From the IMG/VR virus record IMGVR_UViG_3300044634_000910, positions 1 through 64,000 of that record: DNA of 64,000 bases, one strand, 5' to 3'. Below are positions 1-8,358 of the stretch, in pieces. The stretch's first letter is position 1. Every line of letters starts with the position of its first letter. Under the pieces are notes generated by a model, which was not told the DNA's origin, did not search any database, and saw only the letters and a program-made list of their open reading frames with translations. The translations under genes and the position numbers were made by a program. The DNA comes from a virus (lineage: Duplodnaviria > Caudoviricetes).

Positions 1-1
1 C

Positions 2-289
2 GTACTTGATTTAGAAACTCAGATTGCTTATCACTTACAAGGTAATCACTATCCACCCGTACCACTAAGCATGGTTCAGCCTTGCATTGATGCTATCGAT
101 GCATACTATGATAATGATGCTATGCGATTTATTGCTATGCCAGAAGGAGTATTCTATAAGGGCATGAGCCATGCACCAGCATGGGCAGTAATTGAGCAAC
201 ACCATTTAGATTTTTGGTTGCCACAAGATGAAGATGATTTTTATGGCGCAGAAGATAACGGATACGAATTAGGATTGGGTTTAGAATAA
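2..289 (+). CDS. Hypothetical phage protein, 5'-truncated
   Basis: Frame is open from position 2 (VLDLETQIAYHLQGNHYPPVPLS) into ORF 71..289; stop overlaps the next start (TAATG). Confidence 0.75.
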   Translation, partial: VLDLETQIAYHLQGNHYPPVPLSMVQPCIDAIDAYYDNDAMRFIAMPEGVFYKGMSHAPAWAVIEQHHLDFWLPQDEDDFYGAEDNGYELGLGLE

Positions 290-528
290 TGTCTGATACA
301 ATGGTAAGCATGGAATTGATACACGCTGATAATCTAACGGCAGATCAAGTCATGATTGGTGATTTAATCAAGATTGATAATGACATTGTTGAAGTTATTT
401 TTATTGAGAGTGACTCAACAGGTGATAACTATGACATACAAACGCAAAATGAGTTTGGTGAAAAAGAAGTTACACAGTATGCATACAATGATGTAATTGC
501 GTTGTATGTTTTTACTGAAGAAGAATAG
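289..528 (+). CDS. Hypothetical acidic protein
   Basis: 79-aa ORF translationally coupled to the previous gene. Confidence 0.7.
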   Translation: MSDTMVSMELIHADNLTADQVMIGDLIKIDNDIVEVIFIESDSTGDNYDIQTQNEFGEKEVTQYAYNDVIALYVFTEEE

Positions 529-619
529 TAAAAGTATTTTTATGCACTTCCCCGCATAAAAATGCCTAGGCAATTTACCTAGCGTGTCTCTGTGTGAGAT
601 TGATCACTTTACGTAGCAT

Positions 620-648
620 TTGACATTTTTCCCCAAGTCTGCTAAGAT
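620..648 (+). promoter_or_regulatory. Housekeeping-sigma promoter driving a leaderless ORF
   Basis: TTGACA(620-625)-17 bp-TAAGAT(643-648), ATG at 655. Confidence 0.75.
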
Positions 649-654
649 TAATTT

Positions 655-804
655 ATGAAAAAGAATAAAGAGGAATTACGCAGGCTTATGGAACTACGCC
701 GTAGCAATGCAGCCTCTGCCGTACCTAATAAAAAGAAATACAATAGAAAAAAATGTCAGTCCCTTATGTTAGAATTAAAGAAAGAAAGAGGCCCTCATGA
801 GTAA
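655..804 (+). CDS. Small basic protein (49 aa)
   Basis: MKKNKEELRRLMELRRSNAASAVPNKKKYNRKK...; starts 6 nt after the -10 box; below the ORF-track cutoff. Confidence 0.6.
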   Translation: MKKNKEELRRLMELRRSNAASAVPNKKKYNRKKCQSLMLELKKERGPHE

Positions 805-1519
805 ATTACTAAGATCTAAAGATAGAAAGGTGGCTAACCTTGTCACACCCAACGGAAAGCAAGCAAGCATTGCCAATACATTCGGATTACCCGCAGGAAA
901 GGCTTATTCATGTCCTGGCGCAACGACTGTCTGCGAGAGTGTTTGCTACGCAGGCAAATTGGAAAAGGTATTCCCAACAGTAAAGAAAAACCTATTGCAC
1001 AATTGGTCATTGCTTAAGGACGCAGACGGTGAAACCATGGTTCGCCTACTTAATGAAATGATCACAGAATTCAAGGCTGATTGTGTAAAGCGTGAGGCAC
1101 CCATGTTATTCCGCATTCATTGGGACGGCGACTTCTTTAACGATACTTATGCATATGCATGGAAAGTAGTTATTGATAAGCATGAGGATGTTCAATTTTG
1201 GGTATACACTCGTGTGAAGAGCGCTGCACTTATTCTAAAGGACATTGCTAATCTTAGTTTATACTTTTCTGCAGATAGCGAAAATGTTAAAACTGCCGTT
1301 GATCTAAAAATTAATAGCGGTGTTCGCATGGCATACCTTGCTAAGAATTTTGCTATTGGTCAAGCAGATGTAAAAGAAATGATTGGTAAGCCTGCTGCTA
1401 AGTGTCCTGAGAATAATAAACAAATTCCACTTATCTCAACAAATGGAAGCGCTTGCGTTTCTTGCTCACTTTGTGTATACTCTAAGAGTGACATAATTTT
1501 TTCTGCAACTAAGAAATGA
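797..1519 (+). CDS. Gp88-like protein (Cys-rich, radical-SAM-related phage family)
   Basis: SCPGATTVCESVCYA, FRIHWDGDF, WVYTR and C-terminal CVSCSLC motifs. Confidence 0.75.
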   Translation: MSKLLRSKDRKVANLVTPNGKQASIANTFGLPAGKAYSCPGATTVCESVCYAGKLEKVFPTVKKNLLHNWSLLKDADGETMVRLLNEMITEFKADCVKREAPMLFRIHWDGDFFNDTYAYAWKVVIDKHEDVQFWVYTRVKSAALILKDIANLSLYFSADSENVKTAVDLKINSGVRMAYLAKNFAIGQADVKEMIGKPAAKCPENNKQIPLISTNGSACVSCSLCVYSKSDIIFSATKK

Positions 1520-1827
1520 GATGCAATGGGTGAAGTAATTATTTTATTTTTAACTGCAATATTTTTATTTGTTATGTTTTCGGCACCGTTGTGAAATGGA
1601 GCGCCTAGGGCCAAAACTTTTGATTTGTCAAGTTTAGACACGCCTTTAAGATGTGATTAAGGTCACACCCAAAAACCCTTGCAGGATTTGAGATTTATGA
1701 GATTTTTTGCTATACTTATTACATAACAGAATAACAATTCCACATAGTGAGATTATTCAGGTATCAACTTGATAAATGTCAGTAGGAAATGTTATACTTA
1801 ATACATACAACAACAAAGGAGAAATAA

Positions 1828-1992
1828 ATGTCAGTAGCAACAGCAACATACAAGGTAGGCGACCTCTACACAACTCAGAAGTCAAAGGTCACAGGCACAA
1901 TCGTAGCAATCGAACCACAGGCTAACGGAAATGTTCGTGTTAAGTTAGATGTAAATGGCTCACACCGATACACAACTTGGACGGCTAAGTAA
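1828..1992 (+). CDS. Small hypothetical protein (54 aa)
   Basis: AAGGAG RBS upstream; MSVATATYKVGDLYTTQKSKVTG...; followed by a pseudoknot copy. Confidence 0.75.
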   Translation: MSVATATYKVGDLYTTQKSKVTGTIVAIEPQANGNVRVKLDVNGSHRYTTWTAK

Positions 1993-2003
1993 TCTAATTA
2001 CTA

Positions 2004-2030
2004 ATTCCTGAGCATGAATACAAACTGCTC
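2004..2030 (+). ncRNA. Small H-type pseudoknot motif, copy 1
   Basis: ATTC-CT-GAGCA-T-GAAT-ACAAAC-TGCTC; S1 ATTC/GAAT, S2 GAGCA/TGCTC. Confidence 0.75.
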
Positions 2031-2065
2031 AACCCAACCCCCTAACAGTAAAGGAACAGACCCAC

Positions 2066-2488
2066 ATGGCAAGAGGAAAAGCAATCTCAGTAAAAATCGC
2101 AACACCTAAAATCATCAAAGCACTTGAGGCTAAGTTAGTAGAACTTAACACTAACTATGCTAATCAAGAAGCAAACGAAGCAAAATACACAAAGTCAAGA
2201 GAAAAGTGGCAGAAGGAACTTACTGCCTATGCCGTTTCTAACATCAAGAAGGCAGAGAACTTTCGTACCAACTATCGTTCTTGGAACAACACTCTCAACA
2301 TTGACTTTGACCTAACAGTTTCACCAACAGACCTCCCAACAGAGCCTGAGCGTGACTTTGAGCAAATGGGTTCTCATACATACAAGGAAATGAAGCAAGA
2401 AATTGAGAACGCAATTCGTATCCTCAAGATGACAGATGAGGAAACAGTTTCCACATCAACTTATCAAGCGGTATCTCGTTATCTCTAA
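2066..2488 (+). CDS. Hypothetical protein
   Basis: 140-aa ORF with AAGGAA RBS. Confidence 0.8.
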   Translation: MARGKAISVKIATPKIIKALEAKLVELNTNYANQEANEAKYTKSREKWQKELTAYAVSNIKKAENFRTNYRSWNNTLNIDFDLTVSPTDLPTEPERDFEQMGSHTYKEMKQEIENAIRILKMTDEETVSTSTYQAVSRYL

Positions 2489-2497
2489 TTAGATAAA

Positions 2498-2524
2498 CGA
2501 CCTGAGTATGTCGCTAAACTGCTC
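2498..2524 (+). ncRNA. Small H-type pseudoknot motif, copy 2
   Basis: CGAC-CT-GAGTA-T-GTCG-CTAAAC-TGCTC. Confidence 0.75.
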
Positions 2525-2526
2525 AC

Positions 2527-2600
2527 GCCTCTCCCCCTGGTTCAATCCAAGATCATGGATCTAATCCATAAATTTGGCTAAAGTCCCCTGGGGGAGTGGC
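2527..2600 (+). ncRNA. Candidate tRNA-sized multi-hairpin RNA
   Basis: Closing stem GCC.CTCCCC/GGGGAG.GGC encloses TGG-TTCAAT-CCA and ATGGA-TCTAA-TCCAT hairpins. Confidence 0.4.
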
Positions 2601-2662
2601 ACCTAATTTGTCAGCGGTACCCAGTATAATTAAATTAACCAACAAACAGAAAGAGGGCCCCC

Positions 2663-3079
2663 ATGGACCAACCAGTAATAGACAATCACTACATGACACG
2701 AGAGTTTTTAGAAACTACTCTTGTTCAAAACAAAGCACGGATTGATGAATTAGAAAAGCACATTCAAACAGTAACTCAGCGCTCATACGGCGAGGCTGCA
2801 GAGCGCAACCGTATGCGTAACGAAATGCAAGAGTGGACCTTAGAAGCAATGGAGCACGGTACCATTGATGAAAGCACTGCAGAAGAGATTGCAAGCATTT
2901 GCGGCTTTGAGTTAACAAAAGAATTTGAATTAGAAGTTACAGTTCAATATTCAATTACAGTCAATGCACGTGATGAAGAGAGTGCACAGAATGCAATTCA
3001 CGATATCGATTTTGATTCTGTATCATATGGTGAAGAGGTAACTTATTTGTCATCCAGCGTTGACAGAATAGATATTTAG
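2663..3079 (+). CDS. Hypothetical protein
   Basis: 138-aa ORF behind a TATAAT promoter and GAGG RBS. Confidence 0.8.
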   Translation: MDQPVIDNHYMTREFLETTLVQNKARIDELEKHIQTVTQRSYGEAAERNRMRNEMQEWTLEAMEHGTIDESTAEEIASICGFELTKEFELEVTVQYSITVNARDEESAQNAIHDIDFDSVSYGEEVTYLSSSVDRIDI

Positions 3080-3094
3080 TAGGGGGCTACTAAT

Positions 3095-3121
3095 AAACCT
3101 GAGCATGTTTTTAAACTGCTC
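3095..3121 (+). ncRNA. Small H-type pseudoknot motif, copy 3
   Basis: AAAC-CT-GAGCA-T-GTTT-TTAAAC-TGCTC. Confidence 0.75.
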
Positions 3122-3157
3122 ACCCACTTCCCTCAAAAATTTCCTAGGGGGCAAAAG

Positions 3158-3177
3158 TTATCCACAGGTTATCCACA
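3158..3177 (+). promoter_or_regulatory. Two tandem DnaA-type boxes
   Basis: TTATCCACA at 3158-3166 and 3169-3177. Confidence 0.65.
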
Positions 3178-3309
3178 TGACCAACATCACATGTGTTTAC
3201 GATCACATTAAAAAAATGTCCGATTTGCCCTTGTTTAACTATCCCGATTTGCATTTGTCAGCCCGTCCTGTTATACTTAAATAATCAACAACAAAAAAGG
3301 AGAAAACTC

Positions 3310-4326
3310 ATGGCACATGAAATCGAAACACAAAATGGTAAGGCTTCATTCGCATCATTTCGTGAACCCGCTTGGCATGGATTGGGTACCGTATTTACAG
3401 AAGAAAAAACAACAAGCGAAATGCTTGCTGCTGCCAATCTAAATAATTGGAATGTTCGTCTGGAAGATTTGGAAACCCCTACACATCTTACAAGCGACAA
3501 GGCGTACCAGTATGTCTTGCGTACTAACCCTACTGATAACTCTCAGACCGACATTCTTGGTGTCGTTGGTGAGCGTTACCATGTAATGCAGAATGAAGAT
3601 TTATTTTCATTCGGTGATAACATTCTCGACGGTGGAGGTCGTTGGGAAACCGCTGGCTCAATCAAGGGTGGTCGTGTAGTATTTGGCGCACTTGCATTAG
3701 AGCGTGAGACAGTTCTTGACCCTAACGGTGTTGCAGATAAGGTAAAGACTTATTTACTTATCAACACATCACATGACGGCTCAATCGCTATTCAAGCAAG
3801 CATTACACCTGTTCGTGTTGTGTGCGCTAATACTCTTAACCTTGCACTAAACACAACTAAGAAAAAGAATGGTGTCAAGCAATCTTTCAAGATTCGCCAC
3901 ACTCAGACCGCTTCTGGTAAGGTTGCCGTTGCTCGTGAGACTCTTGGCATGGCTCATAAGTACATGGATTCTTTTGACCTCATGGCTAAGGCTATGATTG
4001 AAACAGAAATCAATGCTAAGCAATTTAACGACATCATTCTTGCTGCATACCCTAAGCCTGAAAAAGATTCTAAGGGTGCTTTCAAGAAATGGGAAAACAA
4101 GGTTGATGTTATCAATGACATCTACACAGGCGAGTTTAACGGCATGATTGCTGGTAATGCTTGGGGTGCTTTCAATGCACTAACTGAACGCCTTGATTGG
4201 TACCGTTCTGCTCGTGGTGGTTCTAACGAATCTATCCTTGCATCTGCATCTGGTTTTGACCCTGCTATCAATGCAGAAAAAAATCGTTTGCTAAAAATTG
4301 TGCAAAGCACTTTGCAAATTGCATAA
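3310..4326 (+). CDS. DUF932 / TIGR03299-like phage-plasmid protein
   Basis: MAHEIE...REPAWHGLG, TSHDGS and TPVRVVCANTL motifs; AGGAG RBS places the start at 3310. Confidence 0.9.
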   Translation: MAHEIETQNGKASFASFREPAWHGLGTVFTEEKTTSEMLAAANLNNWNVRLEDLETPTHLTSDKAYQYVLRTNPTDNSQTDILGVVGERYHVMQNEDLFSFGDNILDGGGRWETAGSIKGGRVVFGALALERETVLDPNGVADKVKTYLLINTSHDGSIAIQASITPVRVVCANTLNLALNTTKKKNGVKQSFKIRHTQTASGKVAVARETLGMAHKYMDSFDLMAKAMIETEINAKQFNDIILAAYPKPEKDSKGAFKKWENKVDVINDIYTGEFNGMIAGNAWGAFNALTERLDWYRSARGGSNESILASASGFDPAINAEKNRLLKIVQSTLQIA

Positions 4327-4333
4327 CTAAAAA

Positions 4334-4361
4334 AATTCCTGAGTAAGAATTAAAACTGCTC
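4334..4361 (+). ncRNA. Small H-type pseudoknot motif, copy 4
   Basis: AATTC-CT-GAGTA-A-GAATT-AAAAC-TGCTC; ends 4 nt before tRNA-Asp. Confidence 0.75.
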
Positions 4362-4365
4362 ACAC

Positions 4366-4439
4366 GGTCCGTTAGAATAGTTGGTTAGTTCGCCACCCTG
4401 TCACGGTGGAGGTCACGGGTTCAAGTCCCGTACGGATCG
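4366..4439 (+). tRNA. tRNA-Asp(GTC)
   Basis: Acceptor GGTCCGT/ACGGATC, anticodon arm CCACC-CTGTCAC-GGTGG, T loop GTTCAAGTC. Confidence 0.95.
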
Positions 4440-4581
4440 CAAAATCGCCTAGGTGATCTAGGTGTCCGATATGTCCGAATTGGCATTTTTAATAATATCT
4501 ATTAAGATGATCAAATAATATTTCCCAGATTTTCCGATTACGATAGTTGACATTTGTTCCCCAAACCCCTATAATTAGTAT

Positions 4582-4746
4582 ATGACCCAAACAAAACCTT
4601 ACACAATAGATGAACTAATGCAAAAAATATATGATGAGAACTTTTCTCATTTTGATTTCATGGATAACATGAATGGTGGAGAGTGTGATTGCAATCTCCA
4701 TGTGGCTATGGATTTAATGTATGAATATGGTGGTGGACTATGTTAG
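4582..4746 (+). CDS. Small hypothetical protein, leaderless
   Basis: TTGACA...TATAAT-N6-ATG; 54 aa. Confidence 0.6.
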   Translation: MTQTKPYTIDELMQKIYDENFSHFDFMDNMNGGECDCNLHVAMDLMYEYGGGLC

Positions 4747-4898
4747 GCTATGAGAGAGATGATTTAGATAACATGGTTCTTGCTATTGATTCTGCTTTAA
4801 CTACCGTGAATCCTGACGATGACCCCTGGTTACACAGAAACCTAACACAAGCCTCAGACTTCTTGTCAGGGCTATGGGCAGAAGGGTACTTTGACTAA
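4740..4898 (+). CDS. Small hypothetical protein
   Basis: MLGYERDDLDNM...EGYFD, overlapping both neighbours. Confidence 0.6.
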   Translation: MLGYERDDLDNMVLAIDSALTTVNPDDDPWLHRNLTQASDFLSGLWAEGYFD

Positions 4899-5113
4899 TG
4901 TGGACTAAGTATGATTATCTATGTACTGATTGTGATGCTCTTATAGAGATTACTGCTTGTGCTGAGAAGGTTCTTGATCCCGCCTGCATTTGCGGGGGAT
5001 TAGGAATAGTTATCCTATTATCACAGGGAGATGGAGCAGGACCTCTCCTGGAGCCTGTGACGAAGGTCACACCCCCTAAACTTGTAAAAATCAACACGAA
5101 CCCGTATAATTAA
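4898..5113 (+). CDS. Small Cys-containing (zinc-ribbon-like) protein
   Basis: YDYLCTDCD...CICG; TAATG coupling. Confidence 0.6.
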   Translation: MWTKYDYLCTDCDALIEITACAEKVLDPACICGGLGIVILLSQGDGAGPLLEPVTKVTPPKLVKINTNPYN

Positions 5114-5117
5114 TACT

Positions 5118-5330
5118 ATGGACCTAAAAACATTCGAAGAATATGTAAGACTACACCTGCTGTCCTTGGAGCAAGACTCTGAGGAACTACAGAAGCAAAT
5201 GGGCTTCTATGATGACTATGATTGCGATGAGTATAAGGATTTGGAGATAGAAGATATTTCTACCAATGGACAGATTCTTGCCTGCTACCACTTCTTATCA
5301 GTATTAGAGGCTACAATAGATGAGCGATAA
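5118..5330 (+). CDS. Hypothetical protein, leaderless
   Basis: TTGTAA-17-TATAAT directly upstream. Confidence 0.7.
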   Translation: MDLKTFEEYVRLHLLSLEQDSEELQKQMGFYDDYDCDEYKDLEIEDISTNGQILACYHFLSVLEATIDER

Positions 5331-5580
5331 TACTACCCTTGACCCATATCTACGCAAGCAAGTTGATTTAGGTATGGACGGGGCAGACATAATGCACGGC
5401 CACCTAAAGACTATGATGTATGAGGCTGAAAAGCAATTGGCTGAGTATGCTGACAACGATGATGAACAGTATGACCAAACAGTTAATCGTTTACACCTTG
5501 AAGGATATCTTGAAGGTTTGTCAGAACTATATAGTTTGACATATGCTATTGCTTTTGCCAAAGGAGAAGTTAATGGATAA
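5320..5580 (+). CDS. Hypothetical protein
   Basis: 86-aa ORF with GAGG RBS, overlapping neighbours. Confidence 0.7.
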   Translation: MSDNTTLDPYLRKQVDLGMDGADIMHGHLKTMMYEAEKQLAEYADNDDEQYDQTVNRLHLEGYLEGLSELYSLTYAIAFAKGEVNG

Positions 5581-5959
5581 CTTCATTGAGATGACAATGG
5601 ATGAGTGGGAAGCCACTTACAAACCTATCTATAATCATATAGACAAAAATGCTTCCTTTCAGGATGAATCAGGTAATGGCATTATGTTTGAGACCTACGG
5701 CGATGAGGTAGAGTTTGTTAAGTCTCAATCCCCTGCCAATATCTGGATGTATGGTTCTGGCGATGACGGTGGCACCTACATCTGGAATGGCTGGGGATTT
5801 GTAAATAGATTAGGATACTTTATCACTGAAGTACCCTGCCCGACTGGTCTGACCATTCAGGTACAGGTAGGAGAGCCTGACTTGACATGCGACTACTGCG
5901 GTGATATACTTGATGAAGAACTAACCCACGACCCACTATGCGAAGGAATACAAGAATGA
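5573..5959 (+). CDS. Hypothetical phage protein
   Basis: AGGAG RBS before ATG 5573; FETYG and GWGFVNRLGYFITE motifs. Confidence 0.75.
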   Translation: MDNFIEMTMDEWEATYKPIYNHIDKNASFQDESGNGIMFETYGDEVEFVKSQSPANIWMYGSGDDGGTYIWNGWGFVNRLGYFITEVPCPTGLTIQVQVGEPDLTCDYCGDILDEELTHDPLCEGIQE

Positions 5960-6333
5960 CAGAAACAGACAACCTAACACTTATCGGACAATTTTTTGTA
6001 GATAGCGGTCAAGCAATGATTGGCGACCCGTGCTATTTAGATGAATGGAAGCATTGGGATAGCGGTTCAGATATCCCATTTGAGGAGCACAAAAATCGTA
6101 ATGGCGAGTATGGTTACCTTGGTGCCGCTAATGCTACTCTAAGCAAAAATGGCTATGGAGTCTTAGGCACTGAAGTTATTGAAGGTACTGGAATAACAGG
6201 AACCAATGCTGGTTCGGCAGTTGTTTTTTCTACAGGGTATGGAGACGGAGTCTATCCTGTATACGCAGACATTGACGAAGATGGTCGTGTTGCTCGTATT
6301 GTTATTGAATTTATTACAGATGAGGATAACTAA
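5956..6333 (+). CDS. DUF4241-like protein
   Basis: VDSGQAMIGDPCY and STGYGDGVYPVY motifs. Confidence 0.65.
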   Translation: MTETDNLTLIGQFFVDSGQAMIGDPCYLDEWKHWDSGSDIPFEEHKNRNGEYGYLGAANATLSKNGYGVLGTEVIEGTGITGTNAGSAVVFSTGYGDGVYPVYADIDEDGRVARIVIEFITDEDN

Positions 6334-6478
6334 TGTCAGAATTTAAAGTAGAGATTATCTTTGAGCCAACAGGCGACTACATGACATTTAGATACGATGC
6401 TGAATCAGATAATGAAGCAGACCTTATCAATGAAATACTAAACCAACTATCAATCGTATCTTTTAAGGAGCAAGACTA

Positions 6479-6841
6479 ATGGGAGCCCGTATCAACTTTG
6501 TATTTAAAGACGTTGAGGATGAAGCACACGTAGTCCTATATAGCCACTGGGGTGAGACTGAATGGCAGCGGGACTTGGCAATGGCACTGGAGCACTCTAA
6601 GCCACGCTGGAAAGACTATGCTTACTTCACCCGCATGATGATTAGTTATTTTATTCAAGACTCCGTGCTTGAAGAAACAGGGTTTGGAATTTATTCTATC
6701 AAGGGTACCAACTTTGAATTAGGCGAGACCACTATCGTTATCGATATCGCTAAAGAAACCGTCTATGAGGCAGGCAAGGACCTGCAGGTCGACTGGCAGT
6801 TATTTATTAATGCCTATATACCAAAAACCGTTAGCGCTTAG
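6479..6841 (+). CDS. Hypothetical phage protein
   Basis: MGARINF...LYSHWG; AAGGAG RBS. Confidence 0.75.
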   Translation: MGARINFVFKDVEDEAHVVLYSHWGETEWQRDLAMALEHSKPRWKDYAYFTRMMISYFIQDSVLEETGFGIYSIKGTNFELGETTIVIDIAKETVYEAGKDLQVDWQLFINAYIPKTVSA

Positions 6842-6963
6842 CGCAGCATATGATCAGTGCGGATGGGTCCCTCACTGATTAACTAAATAAGGATAGGGAC
6901 GGCGTAGCCTGTAGGGGTTGCGCCTCCCTTCCCCTTCCTGTATAATAGATAAAGAGGAGAGAC

Positions 6964-7206
6964 ATGGCGTACAGCGTTCGTAGGAAACCCGAAAGCACTA
7001 AAGAAATACAGTACTCTAATCGCATGGCTAAGTTATTAACTGAGGACATGGGACTTAACTTGGAAGCACTCGGCTTTCATTTAGTACATAACCACCCTGT
7101 CATTGTATCTCGCAGACTCGAAGTCGTTGCATTGACAGCGGGGGAAGAGTATGATAAAATGATGTCAGGGTACTTAGGAAAGGATTACACAGAACTATGG
7201 AAGTAA
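6964..7206 (+). CDS. Hypothetical protein
   Basis: TATAAT and GAGGAG upstream. Confidence 0.75.
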   Translation: MAYSVRRKPESTKEIQYSNRMAKLLTEDMGLNLEALGFHLVHNHPVIVSRRLEVVALTAGEEYDKMMSGYLGKDYTELWK

Positions 7207-7493
7207 ACTTTACAGATAGATGTGGCATTTTAGGACAGTTTTGGTATGAGTTCAGAGATGATGAGGATCTAAAGCCTTTCATCTCATACAACGATGTTGG
7301 CTTGCCACTTGCTTGGTTTATTGCAACGGGAGTAGTAACACCACTACCAATGGCTGAGGAGTATGTCAACGAAACATTCGCTATGTTCCTTGATGCAATG
7401 GAAGTAACAGAGGACGATGTCCTTGATGTTGATAATCTTGATGACCTGTTAGCAGTAGTTGAGTTAAAGAAAAGCGAAAGAGAAGCGGAGTAG
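7197..7493 (+). CDS. Hypothetical acidic protein
   Basis: 98-aa ORF, last gene of the early block. Confidence 0.7.
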   Translation: MEVNFTDRCGILGQFWYEFRDDEDLKPFISYNDVGLPLAWFIATGVVTPLPMAEEYVNETFAMFLDAMEVTEDDVLDVDNLDDLLAVVELKKSEREAE

Positions 7494-7501
7494 CCAAGGC
7501 T

Positions 7502-7517
7502 GCACCCTTCGGGGTGC
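7502..7517 (+). terminator. UUCG hairpin closing the early block
   Basis: GCACCC-TTCG-GGGTGC just after the stop at 7493; no U-tract. Confidence 0.6.
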
Positions 7518-7698
7518 GCCCTAGGTGATCTAGAAAATATACCACACATATCAAACCTTGTCAAATCAAATAGGGGTATTACGAACCTTATCAAAAATTT
7601 CCCAGAATCTTATTACGATGGTTTGAAAAAAATTCCCAGAAGTTTACCATATCAAACCTTATTTGTCAAACCTTTATATCCAGGTGTATAATAAAGAT

Positions 7699-7929
7699 AT
7701 GTCCCCACACCACTTTGCAGCAATGTATAGAAACCCATCACATAGACATGATGCAGATCATGACTCTATAGGGTTTGATAAAGCCATTGGTGCATTAACT
7801 GGTATGTTGTATTCTATTGTTACTCTTAAGGCTTTCTTTCCTTCATCCCCCGCCCCAGAAATGAATCATAATCCTGTTAAGGATGCCGCAGGCGGGGATT
7901 CAAAGTACACACAACTCACTCTATTCTAA
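7699..7929 (+). CDS. Hypothetical protein, leaderless
   Basis: TATAAT-N6-ATG at 7699. Confidence 0.5.
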   Translation: MSPHHFAAMYRNPSHRHDADHDSIGFDKAIGALTGMLYSIVTLKAFFPSSPAPEMNHNPVKDAAGGDSKYTQLTLF

Positions 7930-8304
7930 TAACAAACCTCTATAAAGGTATTACGAACGACTCTAAATTTTTCCCTGAGTTTTCAAACCTTTATAGAATT
8001 TTTTTTGATTTTATAAAAAGATTATGATCGTTTCGTAAAAAATCGCTGACTTTTTAAGGGCATATTCATGCATAAAAGGACTTGACAAACCATGGTTTTG
8101 CATGTATAATGCCCAAACCTTATATACTGGTTTGACAAATATGGACATATGTGGTATACAAGGTTTGGCGATACAAAGGTTTGGGGATATGAGGTTTGGA
8201 AAGGCCGCATTACGAACGCCCTCTATAAAAACGCACCAGTCACCACTATCCTCCACTTCACTCCACTTTAACCCTATCTAATAATCTAATCAGTAACATT
8301 TATC

Positions 8305-8358
8305 TGTGGATAACATGTGGATAACTATGACATTTTTAGCCTATTGACATGTGGATAA
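8305..8358 (-). promoter_or_regulatory. Three DnaA-type boxes
   Basis: TGTGGATAA at 8305, 8316 and 8350. Confidence 0.65.

Noticed and set aside
2004-2030. Pseudoknot motif as a hammerhead or HDV-like ribozyme
   Set aside because: It lacks the CUGANGA/GAAA three-stem core and is too short for a nested double pseudoknot.
2007-4361. CCTGAG...AAACTGCTC repeats as a CRISPR array
   Set aside because: Copies are separated by whole genes (0.5-1.2 kb), their interiors covary structurally, and there is no cas operon.
8011-8256. ORFs 8011..8256 and 8022..8210 in the junction region
   Set aside because: No motif or clear RBS; they coincide with iterated DNA repeats.
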